Of a DNA stretch of 64,000 nt, positions 9,889 to 19,208 are shown one piece after another. A program made the position numbers and the translations under genes. Source of the stretch: Candidatus Bathyarchaeia archaeon (lineage in GTDB: Archaea > Thermoproteota > Bathyarchaeia > 40CM-2-53-6); assembly GCA_049513715.1 (NCBI GenBank), contig JBEKVV010000002.1, forward strand, positions 320,001-384,000, given 5' to 3'. The notes beneath the pieces were generated by a model. The model was not told the DNA's origin and ran no database searches. It saw only the letters and a program-made list of their open reading frames with translations. The first letter of the stretch is position 1. Every line of letters starts with the position of its first letter.

Positions 9889-11406
9889 GTGATGATTACC
9901 CTCACAGCAAAGGTGCTCGACTTAGCCGCGGGTTCCAGAATAATCGTGCTGAACAGTAAGGACTCGGAGCGGCTCGGAGTTCTCGCCTGGGATAGGATTC
10001 GAGTCAAGAGCAGCGAAGAGAGGAGCGCGTCAGCTCTGGTTGACATAACGCAGACAATGATTCCGCCAGACCACGTTGGATTGCCACGGACTGTCGCACA
10101 AGAACTCAACGTTGAAGATGGGGGGTCGGTCACCGTTCAACCGATCCCACCGCCCATCTCGGTCAAGTATGTTCATTCAAAAATGCGCGGGGCAAAGCTT
10201 GGCCAGGAGGAGCTGTATGCTATTGTGCGGGATGTTGTCAACAAAAATCTGAGCGATGTGGAGATGGCCGCGTTCCTTATGGCCGAACAGTACCTTGGAA
10301 TGGATGATAATGAGCTTCTCTGGCTCACGCGCGCAATAGCCGAAACGGGAACTCAAATTGATTTTGAGAAACCAGTCTACGACAAGCACTCAATTGGGGG
10401 CGTTCCAGGGAACAAAGTGAGCCTGCTAATTGTTCCCATAATTGCTGCCTCGGGGCTCTTGATACCCAAGACAGCGAGTCGGGCTATTACGAGCGCGTCT
10501 GGTACGGCGGACACAATGTCCGTTCTGGCGCCTGTTGAATTCTCAGCTCAAGAGTTGCGCAAAATCGCATTGAAAGTGAACGGAGCGATTGTGTGGGGTG
10601 GGGGCCTGAGCTTGGCCCCGGCTGATGACGCATTCATCACAGTGGAATACCCGCTCCAAATAGACCCAGAACCTCAAATGATTGCAAGCATTCTCGCGAA
10701 AAAACTGGCTGTTGGAACCGATTTCCTAGTTCTTGACATACCCACCGGAGAGGAAGCGAAGATTGCAACGTCTGAGGAGGCCAGACGATTGGGAAACAGG
10801 TTCATCGAATTGGGAGCGAAGTTGGGAATCAGGATCAGGTGTGGCGTGACATATGGAGGTCAACCCGTAGGCCACGCTGTGGGCCCAGCGCTCGAAGCCA
10901 AAGAGGCCTTGCAGACCCTCGAAGGCTCTGGCCCTGCAAGCCTCATCGAGAAAGCAACCGCCCTCGCAGGCTTACTTCTGGAACTGGGCGGGAAAGCAAC
11001 TAAGGGCAATGGGCAACAAATGGCCAAAACTATTCTTCAGAATGGCCAGGCACTCAAGAAGATGAGAGAGATAATCGAGGCTCAGGGAGGAGACCCGAAT
11101 ATCACCTCCGAGAAGGTACGTGTAGGAACCCACAGTCAGGGAATCATCGCGGAGGCTGATGGCTACATTACACACGTCTCCAACTCAGCCATCAACCAAA
11201 TTGCGAGGGCGGCCGGAGCTCCCGCGGAGCGTGGTTCAGGAGTAGTTTTGTTCGGCAAGCGAGGCCATAAAGTCGCAAAGGGGGAGCCAATTCTAGAGGT
11301 ATACGCTGAACGAGCAACGAAACTCGAGGAGGCATATTCCCTGATTGCCAAACTTAAGCCCGTCAAAATAGAAGGAATGCTTCTGGAGGAGATACCGGGT
11401 TTCTAA
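9889..11406 (+). CDS. AMP phosphorylase (archaeal thymidine phosphorylase family)
   Basis: N-terminal double-psi-barrel-like domain, then DKHSIGGVPGNK, KTASRAITSASGTAD and LAPADD. Confidence 0.92.
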   Translation: MMITLTAKVLDLAAGSRIIVLNSKDSERLGVLAWDRIRVKSSEERSASALVDITQTMIPPDHVGLPRTVAQELNVEDGGSVTVQPIPPPISVKYVHSKMRGAKLGQEELYAIVRDVVNKNLSDVEMAAFLMAEQYLGMDDNELLWLTRAIAETGTQIDFEKPVYDKHSIGGVPGNKVSLLIVPIIAASGLLIPKTASRAITSASGTADTMSVLAPVEFSAQELRKIALKVNGAIVWGGGLSLAPADDAFITVEYPLQIDPEPQMIASILAKKLAVGTDFLVLDIPTGEEAKIATSEEARRLGNRFIELGAKLGIRIRCGVTYGGQPVGHAVGPALEAKEALQTLEGSGPASLIEKATALAGLLLELGGKATKGNGQQMAKTILQNGQALKKMREIIEAQGGDPNITSEKVRVGTHSQGIIAEADGYITHVSNSAINQIARAAGAPAERGSGVVLFGKRGHKVAKGEPILEVYAERATKLEEAYSLIAKLKPVKIEGMLLEEIPGF

Positions 11407-11446
11407 TTCCAGGTGGAAAAGCATTTGTGTGTAAGTGTAGTGAACT

Positions 11447-11797
11447 ATGGAGTTGGTTAGGTTGGTCCGACTCTATAATCGTATTATGAAGTTCAGCAAG
11501 CTTGTGCGCTTTGCGGCCCTCGTTGATGGGAATGGACGCATCTTGGAAGGTGGGATGCGAGAGGGCGTTGAACCAATAGAGCCTCTTGAAAAGACCCCAC
11601 ACCTAATCGCTAAACTGGTTTCTGTCCTTAAGGCTGAGGATTTGGCTGATTTCTTCGGGAAACCGGAGTACTCGATTTTGGTTCATGAGGAAATAGTTGC
11701 AATAATCTTCAGGACAGGAAAGAAGTTCGCCCTCATTACCGCGGACCGAAAGTTTCCTTTGGCAAAGGTCGCTAAGCTTAGGGACCTAGTCCCCTAG
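11447..11797 (+). CDS. Hypothetical protein, roadblock/DUF6659-like small alpha/beta domain
   Basis: VRFAALVDGNGRILEGGMREGVEP pattern, which is typical of this TACK family. Confidence 0.55.
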   Translation: MELVRLVRLYNRIMKFSKLVRFAALVDGNGRILEGGMREGVEPIEPLEKTPHLIAKLVSVLKAEDLADFFGKPEYSILVHEEIVAIIFRTGKKFALITADRKFPLAKVAKLRDLVP

Positions 11798-11917
11798 GGA
11801 ACCGGTTCTCGAACGACGAAACGACGCACGGAATGACTCGCAGTTTATTGCTTCTAGTAGGATTGTGGAGTAAGGATTCGGGGATGTTCGAAAGAGAAGG
11901 CTGGGGCCGATCTCTGA

Positions 11918-12241
11918 TCAATCGTTCAGTTCAGTATTAGTGCGCGACCATATGGATCCCAGTTCGTGTTTTTCTCTGTGACTGAGTGATTTTATCTGAT
12001 GTTCCCTTCTAATGGCGGCGGCGCGTGTCCTGAACTTTTCCACATAGGCAACCCTCTGCGGCTTGCGCATTCTGGTATATCGTGCGCCGTGCCCTTTCTT
12101 GTGTCTTTCGAGTCTTGAGGCTACATTGTTCGTGTAGCCGGTGTAGTAGCTGCCGTCATCGCAAAGAAGCAGATATACGTAGTAGGATTTTCTCGCCCTA
12201 TCAGGTTTCTTGGTCGATGCACTTCTCGTCGGGTCTTTCAT
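11918..12241 (-). CDS. GIY-YIG nuclease family protein (UPF0213)
   Basis: YYVYLLLCDDGSYYTGYTNN..RL..H..G.GARYTR; AIRREHQIK. Confidence 0.9.
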   Translation of the reverse strand: MKDPTRSASTKKPDRARKSYYVYLLLCDDGSYYTGYTNNVASRLERHKKGHGARYTRMRKPQRVAYVEKFRTRAAAIRREHQIKSLSHREKHELGSIWSRTNTELND

Positions 12242-12282
12242 TTTCCTATCAACGAACCAAATGCGTCAGTCTACGCTGGAAG

Positions 12283-13404
12283 TTACCTGATGGCGTTTGA
12301 TTCAAAGTCTTTGTTGATTAGGAGATTCAGGATGGTTCGTGGAAGGTCCCATAGCATGACGCGTTTGCTGTGACGCATCGAATCATACATGAAACAGATG
12401 TGCGTACAAAAGCACTGGTCTAACTCCACTTGCCGCACCTCCTGCTTTCGCTCGAATGAATTCCAAAATTGCTGAAAGTCCATTCCGTATTTTCTGAGGT
12501 TGCCTATGGGCTTTCGGAGCTCGCAGACCCTCAAATCTCCGTTGTAATCGATTACGATCGATGTCTGGCCTGCTGTGCAGGGCATCTTCCATTTTGTTTT
12601 ATGTATGAAGTTTTGAAATTGTGTCTCGTAACTGAAAACGTATCCCGCCTTCCAGAAAGCCCGCCTCACCGAGTCGAGCTTCGATTTCTTACCCGATGGT
12701 TTTGAGACGTACTCGAAGTTTAGTGGTATAGCTTGGTTGTAGATTTGTCTCAGTTTCTCTGGTTTCACAGCCTGTAGGTTTGGTTCTTTCGGGTCGCCTC
12801 GTATGATCTGGAAATAATGTCCGTCTAGATCTGCGTTCTCTTTGAAGTGTCGCCCTAGATCCGAGATTTCTTGCTGATTTTCCTGAGTTATGACCGAGTT
12901 GACGTACAGCGTGAAGTTTGGCCAGGCCGAGCGTAATGATTGAAGCTGATCAAGCGTTTTGCAGGCTTGTTCAAAGTTGCTTGTGACGCCCCGGATTTTG
13001 TCATGGGTTTCAGAGAAACCATCTATGGAAATGTCGACTTCTAGGTGCAGGTCAGGGCATGTCTGCAAGACTTCTTGCACGATGGCGATGGTTTGTGCAG
13101 TCGGGAGGCCGTTTGTTGGGATTCGAACATCTCGAATGCTGTTCCTCTCGTAGAAGAGACGGATGACCTGCGCTAGGTCTTTTCGTAGAAACGGCTCGCC
13201 TCCGGAGATCCAGAGGTCGTGGAATTCTGGCATTGTTGAAGAGAGCTTTGTCAGTTCCTCGAAGCTCATGTTTCCCTTCCGGTTTAGTTCAAGCCAGTAG
13301 AAGCATGTTCTGCATCGTGCGTTGCAGATTGATGTGACGAAAAGGATGACGAGGTCGAGTTGTTTCATGAAGAGTGGTTTGAGGAAGGATTCACGGTGTG
13401 GCAA
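12283..13404 (-). CDS. Radical SAM protein with SPASM/Twitch-like C-terminus
   Basis: CNARCRTC, SGGEPFLR, CTAG..IDYNGDLRVCE, CFCTHIC. Confidence 0.9.
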   Translation of the reverse strand: MPHRESFLKPLFMKQLDLVILFVTSICNARCRTCFYWLELNRKGNMSFEELTKLSSTMPEFHDLWISGGEPFLRKDLAQVIRLFYERNSIRDVRIPTNGLPTAQTIAIVQEVLQTCPDLHLEVDISIDGFSETHDKIRGVTSNFEQACKTLDQLQSLRSAWPNFTLYVNSVITQENQQEISDLGRHFKENADLDGHYFQIIRGDPKEPNLQAVKPEKLRQIYNQAIPLNFEYVSKPSGKKSKLDSVRRAFWKAGYVFSYETQFQNFIHKTKWKMPCTAGQTSIVIDYNGDLRVCELRKPIGNLRKYGMDFQQFWNSFERKQEVRQVELDQCFCTHICFMYDSMRHSKRVMLWDLPRTILNLLINKDFESNAIR

Positions 13405-14599
13405 GCGATTTGATTCCTGTCAGGCTGTACTTGCGGCCTCGCCATTCGATGTTATTGGTTCGAGCCGACTTGATTATGCAGTATGTCATAATCCACGGCA
13501 CAATAAAGCTTGCCACAGCATCCGCCCGCTTTGTTCTGTCGAACTCGCGCTTTAGTTCAGGCATTGCCCGAGAGAAAGTCGTACTTCTTTGAACGCTCCT
13601 TAGCACGCCCAGCACGGATGGAGCGAGTAGAAGAGCTGTTGGGGCAAACCAGACCGGGTTCAGTAGAACACCGAGGAATGCGCCAACAACGGCCAGTAGG
13701 AAAGCGAAGTCAAAGAACAGGTATGCTGCTAACGCGTACCGCCAGAGCCCGTAGTTGAAGACTTTCGTAATTGCAGTCTGGGGCGTGGCCCATGCGAACA
13801 TATGGGCACGAGAAGTTTTGTTGAAAGTGGCAACCATGCATTGCGGTAGGAACGCGACTTGGTATCCGTGCGCTCGGAGTGCGGAATTGAGCGTCATGTC
13901 ATCGCTAACAGCTTTCGCCCACACCTCTCTGATTCCGACCTTGTCGAGGGTTTCTGACCTCAAGGCCATCGCGCCGCCCCACGGGAAATTGTACTTGTCG
14001 TTGAAAAGCAAGTTTGTTCCTGAAGCATTCCATGCCGCTTCAATGTGCGACCAAAAGCCCCCTTCAATGGGGAGGTACCAGCGAAAACCAGTCGTGGCCC
14101 CTATTGACTCATCACTGAGGGGGTCCACAATGTCTCGGAGCCACCGTGCAGGAACAAATGCGTCGCTATCGATGAAGGCGTAGACCTCGGTCTGAGGATC
14201 GGCTTGGGATAGGGCGGTCAGCAAAGCGGCGACTTTTCCGCTATTTCCTTCTGTTGGCTCCGCCGTGCAGATCTTAGCCGCGGATCCTCTGTGCTTGTCT
14301 ATTACCGAGGTCGCAATCGAATATGCAGGGTCGTCAATAGTGTCTGTTACGATAATCGTTTCGTAGTTTTCGTATTGCTGTGTTAGTGCGGCTTCAATGT
14401 TTCCAGCTAAGCCAGGCTCAGCACCTTTGCAGGGCATTATGAGGCAAACGTGTGGTTGGAACCCATTCTTCGGTCTCTGCAGAGCCACTGAGACTTTTCT
14501 GTCGTATTGGAAACCGAGATGGAGGGAATAGAGCGCGGCGAGAATTGAAAGTGATCCGATGAGGAGTAGGAAATCGAAACTAATCTCTGTTAAGGGCAG
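13391..14599 (-). CDS. GT2/GT21-like membrane glycosyltransferase (ceramide glucosyltransferase/HpnI-like)
   Basis: PCKG, SGKVAAL, FIDSD, WGGAMAL, SDD and C-terminal IEWRGRKY. An N-terminal TM helix is encoded upstream of the GTG at 14488, so the start is placed at CTG 14599. Confidence 0.85.
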   Translation of the reverse strand: MPLTEISFDFLLLIGSLSILAALYSLHLGFQYDRKVSVALQRPKNGFQPHVCLIMPCKGAEPGLAGNIEAALTQQYENYETIIVTDTIDDPAYSIATSVIDKHRGSAAKICTAEPTEGNSGKVAALLTALSQADPQTEVYAFIDSDAFVPARWLRDIVDPLSDESIGATTGFRWYLPIEGGFWSHIEAAWNASGTNLLFNDKYNFPWGGAMALRSETLDKVGIREVWAKAVSDDMTLNSALRAHGYQVAFLPQCMVATFNKTSRAHMFAWATPQTAITKVFNYGLWRYALAAYLFFDFAFLLAVVGAFLGVLLNPVWFAPTALLLAPSVLGVLRSVQRSTTFSRAMPELKREFDRTKRADAVASFIVPWIMTYCIIKSARTNNIEWRGRKYSLTGIKSLATP

Positions 14600-14635
14600 A
14601 GAAGATCCTCGCTTTCAATGGGCGGACTGCTTGAA

Positions 14636-14830
14636 TTATGCTTCGATGACTTCGCACCGTATCAGTTTCAGTAGCTCCGCGGCCTTGTTGGGGTCGACAC
14701 GGATCGTATAGAGCTGCCTAGGCGTCCGAAGCTTCAGTTTCACGATGTCCTTCAGGCGTTTCACTCTGCACTCGGTGGCCCGTTCTGAGATCTTGACAAA
14801 TTCCTCTGTGTCTGTCAGTTCTGATGGCAT
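14636..14830 (-). CDS. rpl38e: 50S ribosomal protein L38e
   Basis: 64 aa, MP.E..D.EEF....RA..CRVKR....VKLKLRT.R.LYT pattern. Confidence 0.8.
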   Translation of the reverse strand: MPSELTDTEEFVKISERATECRVKRLKDIVKLKLRTPRQLYTIRVDPNKAAELLKLIRCEVIEA

Positions 14831-14892
14831 TCTAGTTCCAGCCCTATTTGGGCGGTACAGAACAAATCGGACAATATAAGTCTGAAACCCTG

Positions 14893-15735
14893 TCAGGAGA
14901 ATACTAGCAACTCTTCTTGATAGCGTCTTCCATCTACAATTGACCCCGGTGCCTTCCGCTCCACATGGCGTGTGGCGAGCATCTCCCCGAACTCTCGGTT
15001 TGCTTCCTCCAGAGGAACACGCGGCCTTTTCAGCAGCTCCAGTGGAACATCAATGCGCATGGGCCGCGAGGGGATGACGTGCCGCGTAACTTTGTACGGC
15101 AGAAGACGGTTCTGCAAACCGAACTCCCGAATCTGCTGCTTTGTGAAGATCGGGAGGCATATGACGAAGTTCCCGGAGCCCGACTTCAGGTGTTCCATCG
15201 CCACGATTTCCGAAAGGTAGTCAACGTTGTGGCCTTTGGCGGTCATGGTTTTTTCTAGCCTGACTGCTGTTCGTGTTTGTTCAAGAAGGTCTAGGCTTTC
15301 CGGAAGCGAATACTCAACTCCGTTTCCAGTGAGGAGAATCGTGTGCGGATTGTAGCTCATTTTTCCGACGGTCGCTTCATGTGTTGAGAATTTCAGCCCA
15401 GTCCCGGAGAGCAACTTATCAGCTAAGCCGGTAGGATCGTTGACCACGTACACTCTGAACCAAGATCCGATTTTGATCTGTGGGCTGTCGTAGTTCAGAA
15501 GGCAACAGGGCGCGAATCTGCATTTCAGTGCTTTGAGAGAGTTGAAGCGATGCATGCCATCAAGGATGACATCGTCCTCTTGGTCTACGATGAGGGGGTC
15601 GCGAACTAACCCTTCCGTCTGCATCTCGTTGGAGAGAGCACGCACGGATGCTTCGATTACTTCTTCATGAGGTTTCAGCGCGTCAATGTCGACTAGCGAC
15701 AATTGGAAACTCAGATTTGACGAGCTGATTTCCAA
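14893..15735 (-). CDS. ParB/Srx-domain protein, SerK/SbnI-like (possible free serine kinase)
   Basis: LKPHEE...DPLIVD...ILDGMHR...Y..P.I.IGSW and C-terminal LLPYKVTRH. Confidence 0.65.
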   Translation of the reverse strand: MEISSSNLSFQLSLVDIDALKPHEEVIEASVRALSNEMQTEGLVRDPLIVDQEDDVILDGMHRFNSLKALKCRFAPCCLLNYDSPQIKIGSWFRVYVVNDPTGLADKLLSGTGLKFSTHEATVGKMSYNPHTILLTGNGVEYSLPESLDLLEQTRTAVRLEKTMTAKGHNVDYLSEIVAMEHLKSGSGNFVICLPIFTKQQIREFGLQNRLLPYKVTRHVIPSRPMRIDVPLELLKRPRVPLEEANREFGEMLATRHVERKAPGSIVDGRRYQEELLVFS

Positions 15736-15862
15736 CCCGTATGCCCCAGTGTGCCGCCTTTGGATTAGGGTTGATTCTAAGGGTTACTTACAAGTATTCG
15801 GTTTGAAAAGGGGGCGGGAGTAAACAGTTAGGAATTCGAGTTGGTGCGGAAAGTCTGACGAG

Positions 15863-16009
15863 TTACTTGGTGAACTTCGTCATCTTGGTGCCGCATGTTG
15901 GGCAAACGGCGCGCATCATGTTGCGGCCCTTCGCGGTCTTCTCCATGGTAGTCTGATCGTCAGGCACCGTCTTTTTCTCTTTGCACTTCACACAATACAT
16001 TTCAGCCAA
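15863..16009 (-). CDS. DUF5679 small zinc-ribbon protein (48 aa)
   Basis: MAEMYCVKCKEK...TAKGRNMMRAVCPTCGTKMTKF. The TTG at 16009 follows a purine-rich SD-like sequence. Confidence 0.8.
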   Translation of the reverse strand: MAEMYCVKCKEKKTVPDDQTTMEKTAKGRNMMRAVCPTCGTKMTKFTK

Positions 16010-16232
16010 TGAACATTCCCTCCCCTTTCTGAACCGAGTGGTGTTAGCGCATGCTGATGCCATAAAAGGCTTTTCTAAGAACCCTGAAAGTCGCAACAAT
16101 TCTCGACGAATTGGCATCGAATTGATTAGTAAATATCAATCGGGACCCCCCGCGCGGAAGGTTTGAGGACAGTTGGGAGGAGGATCCGTGGAAAAGAGAT
16201 TAAACCATATGCAAGTGCCAAAGTAACTGTCC

Positions 16233-17183
16233 GTGGCGTGGAAGTTGGCGGGACGAAAACTCATCTCGATCATTGGAACCGGGAAACTCGGCAGCGCAGT
16301 TGCCTTGCAGGTCGCGAGTAGGGAGCTGGGTGATCTTAGGCTAGTGGACGTCATCAAGGGTCTACCGGAGGGTGAAGCGCTCGACCTTCGCCAGATGGCA
16401 GCAGAGCAAGGAACTGACATAGAAATTGTGGGCTCAAATGATTACAAAGAAATCTCAGGATCGGACCTAGTTGTTGTGATAGGTGGTTTGGGCAGAAAAC
16501 CTGGCATGACCCGTCTCGATCTGCAAGAGAAGAACGAAGAAATCATTCGCGGAATTGCGGAGAAAATCGTTGAATATGCCCCAAAGACCTTGGTGCTAAT
16601 GGTCACAAATCCGGTTGACATTATGACGTACTTGGCTTGGAAGGTCACTGGATTTGAGCCGTCACGTGTCTTCGGCCAGAGTGGAATGTTGGACACGATG
16701 CGCTTCAAACATTTTATTGCGAAAGCTTTGGACGTGTCGACAAGTTCCGTGCAAGCTGTCGTGATTGGCGAGCACGGCGATTCTATGGTCCCGTTGCCGC
16801 GGTTCTCAACTGTGAGTGGCGTTCCCGTCACGGAACTTCTTTCACCTGACAAGGTGAAGGAAACTATTGATCGAACAAGAAAGATTGCGGCTGAGGTCAT
16901 CGCTTTGAAGGGGGCAACAATCTACGCCCCAGCTCACGGCATAACTCGAATGGTGGAGAGTGTCGTCAAAGACAAGAAGATGGCACTCTGCATGACCGCG
17001 CACCTCAACGGCGAATACGGCCTCAAAGACATCTACGTTGACGTTCCGGCGGTTCTGGGCGCTCGGGGAGTCGAGCGAGTGATCGAACTGAAACTGAACG
17101 CTGAGGAGAAGGATGCTTTCTTGAAATCAGTGGACGTTGTGAAAGCTGCCGTAGGCCACCTAAAGACCGTCAAGGCATCCTAG
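16233..17183 (+). CDS. mdh: Malate dehydrogenase (LDH-like)
   Basis: IIGTGKLG, RKPGMTRLDL, VTNPVD, GEHGDSMVP. Confidence 0.92.
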   Translation: MAWKLAGRKLISIIGTGKLGSAVALQVASRELGDLRLVDVIKGLPEGEALDLRQMAAEQGTDIEIVGSNDYKEISGSDLVVVIGGLGRKPGMTRLDLQEKNEEIIRGIAEKIVEYAPKTLVLMVTNPVDIMTYLAWKVTGFEPSRVFGQSGMLDTMRFKHFIAKALDVSTSSVQAVVIGEHGDSMVPLPRFSTVSGVPVTELLSPDKVKETIDRTRKIAAEVIALKGATIYAPAHGITRMVESVVKDKKMALCMTAHLNGEYGLKDIYVDVPAVLGARGVERVIELKLNAEEKDAFLKSVDVVKAAVGHLKTVKAS

Positions 17184-17205
17184 TCAGGCAGCAAGGAGCA
17201 GACGG

Positions 17206-17235
17206 TTGTTTACAATTCTCTGAATTTGTAAACAA
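17206..17235. other. Perfect 10-bp inverted repeat between convergent mdh and larB
   Basis: TTGTTTACAA-ttctctgaat-TTGTAAACAA. Confidence 0.6.
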
Positions 17236-17346
17236 GAACACCTGCCATCTCACCCTATATCGAGTCAAATCGCCCATCCCGTTCACGCCCTCACCAGAGG
17301 GTCGTTACTGTCGCTGGAACTAGTCGCTCAGGCTTCCATTGCGCAG

Positions 17347-18129
17347 TCAACGAGTGGCGGTTTTTCGGGCTCTTGCCACGCGGTTTGCAATTTGAGCTGC
17401 CACCACGCCAGCAGCGATTCCGGAATCAATGTTGACAACGGCGAGGCCAAGGGAGCATGCTTGTAGCATAGCCATCAGTGCCGCTTCTCCATGCCCACCA
17501 TAACCGTATCCCGACGAGGCAGGGACGGCGATTAGGGGGATGTCAACTAGGCCTGCGACAACTGTTGGCAAGGCGCCTTCACGGCCAGCAACAACAATCA
17601 GGCTGTCTACGTCGTTTTCTATCATGTGGCCCAAAGGTTCCGCGAGGCGGTGGAGTCCAGCGACACCAGCGTCCGCTTCCAAGTATGTTTCGCAGCCCAT
17701 CTCCCGTGCAATCATAGAAGCCTCTTCGGCAACCGCAAGGTCCACGGTTCCAGCAGTCAATACTCCAACTCTGCCGCCGGTCATCGGGCGCTTATGGTCG
17801 GCCTTCGCGATGACGATTGATTTGGCATGCGGGGGTTGTTCGATTCTGTGCTTTCCAAAAGCATCCTTTAGTCGTCTGAGCTGTTCGTCGTTCACTCGGC
17901 TGACGATTGCTCTCCCATTCTTCTCCAGCATGCGAGTGCAAATGCTGATGAGGTCGTCTGTGGTTTTTCCCTCAGCCAAGACTATCTCTGGAACCCCGCG
18001 CCTGAGTTCCCTGGCCACATCGAGCCTTGCAACACCTGCAACGGTCTCAATTGCATTGAACTTCAACGCTTTCTCGGCTTCATCCACGCTGATCTTGCCT
18101 TCAGCCAACCTCTGTAGAATTTCTCGCAA
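17347..18129 (-). CDS. larB: Nickel pincer cofactor biosynthesis protein LarB
   Basis: ARLD..RELRRGVPEIVLAEGKT, AGTVDL.VAEEA, DAGVAGLHRL, AVVNIDSG. Confidence 0.92.
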   Translation of the reverse strand: MREILQRLAEGKISVDEAEKALKFNAIETVAGVARLDVARELRRGVPEIVLAEGKTTDDLISICTRMLEKNGRAIVSRVNDEQLRRLKDAFGKHRIEQPPHAKSIVIAKADHKRPMTGGRVGVLTAGTVDLAVAEEASMIAREMGCETYLEADAGVAGLHRLAEPLGHMIENDVDSLIVVAGREGALPTVVAGLVDIPLIAVPASSGYGYGGHGEAALMAMLQACSLGLAVVNIDSGIAAGVVAAQIANRVARARKTATR

Positions 18130-18242
18130 TGATTTTTCGCCGCTTGGAAACGCCTAAGTACCATGACCCTGTGACGTACCATAAAATGTTAACAGCAAGA
18201 ACAAATGGGCGATCAACCGCCCGATGCGCGCCTTTGCCGGAC

Positions 18243-19085
18243 ATGTCGCCTGAACTGCGGGTGAAGGCGGAAAGCGCACTGAAAGTGCTCGGAAGTTATG
18301 GGAAGGCGCTCGTCGCATTCTCAGGAGGAATTGACAGTACTCTCGTCGCTTACCTTGCGAAGCTAGCACTCGGTGACAGCACAATAGCTGTGACGGCAGA
18401 ATCGCCCAGCCTACCTTCATCGGAATTGGAGGAGGCGAAGGAGCTCGCGAAAGAAATTGGAATCAGACACATGGTGATTAGGACTGAGGAACTTGAGGAT
18501 CCTAATTACCTCGCCAACCCTGCGAACAGATGTTACTTCTGTAAGAAGGAGCTTAGTGGGAAGCTGGAGCAGCTGGCTGATGAGCTTGGTTACTTAGTCA
18601 TAGTGGATGGTACGAATGCTGATGATTTGCATGGGCACAGGCCCGGCGCGGCAGCACTCTCGCAGGAAGGGGTGAAGAGGCCTTTGGCGGATGTGGGTAT
18701 GACGAAACCGGAAGTAAGGGAGCTGTCCAGGTTGCTTGGGTTACCTAATTTCGACAAACCCTCGATGCCCTGCCTATCCTCCCGCGTCCAGTATGGCCAA
18801 GTTATTTCGCCTGAGAGGCTCGTGAGAATTGAGAGATCGGAGAACTTCATCAGATCAATAACCGGAGTCAAGGAGCTACGCGTTCGCGACCACGGAAACC
18901 TAGCAAGAATTGAGGTTGGCAAAGGTGAGCGACAGCTTTTCTTCAACGAGGGCGTGTTGGATAAGATAGCTGCTGCGTTGAAGGGATATGGGTTCACATA
19001 TGTTTCTGTAGACATAGTCGGTTACCGGTCAGGCAGCATGAACGAACAGTCGACTTCCACGAAATCGAAAGGTACAGAAAATTAA
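18243..19085 (+). CDS. larE: ATP-dependent sulfur transferase LarE
   Basis: AFSGGIDS PP-loop, NRCYFCK, DGTNADD..HRPG, KPSMPCLSSR, RVRDHG. The ATG at 18243 is preferred over 18129. Confidence 0.92.
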   Translation: MSPELRVKAESALKVLGSYGKALVAFSGGIDSTLVAYLAKLALGDSTIAVTAESPSLPSSELEEAKELAKEIGIRHMVIRTEELEDPNYLANPANRCYFCKKELSGKLEQLADELGYLVIVDGTNADDLHGHRPGAAALSQEGVKRPLADVGMTKPEVRELSRLLGLPNFDKPSMPCLSSRVQYGQVISPERLVRIERSENFIRSITGVKELRVRDHGNLARIEVGKGERQLFFNEGVLDKIAAALKGYGFTYVSVDIVGYRSGSMNEQSTSTKSKGTEN

Positions 19086-19208
19086 ATTCCTGTTTCGAGT
19101 GCTGTCAAATCAACCCAACATGGGGTTGGTGATCTTCCAGAGCGCGTCGAGAATCGCGTAGCTGCTTCAGAATCCTGCCATGATCTGTCACGACGACAAG
19201 GCTGAGAA

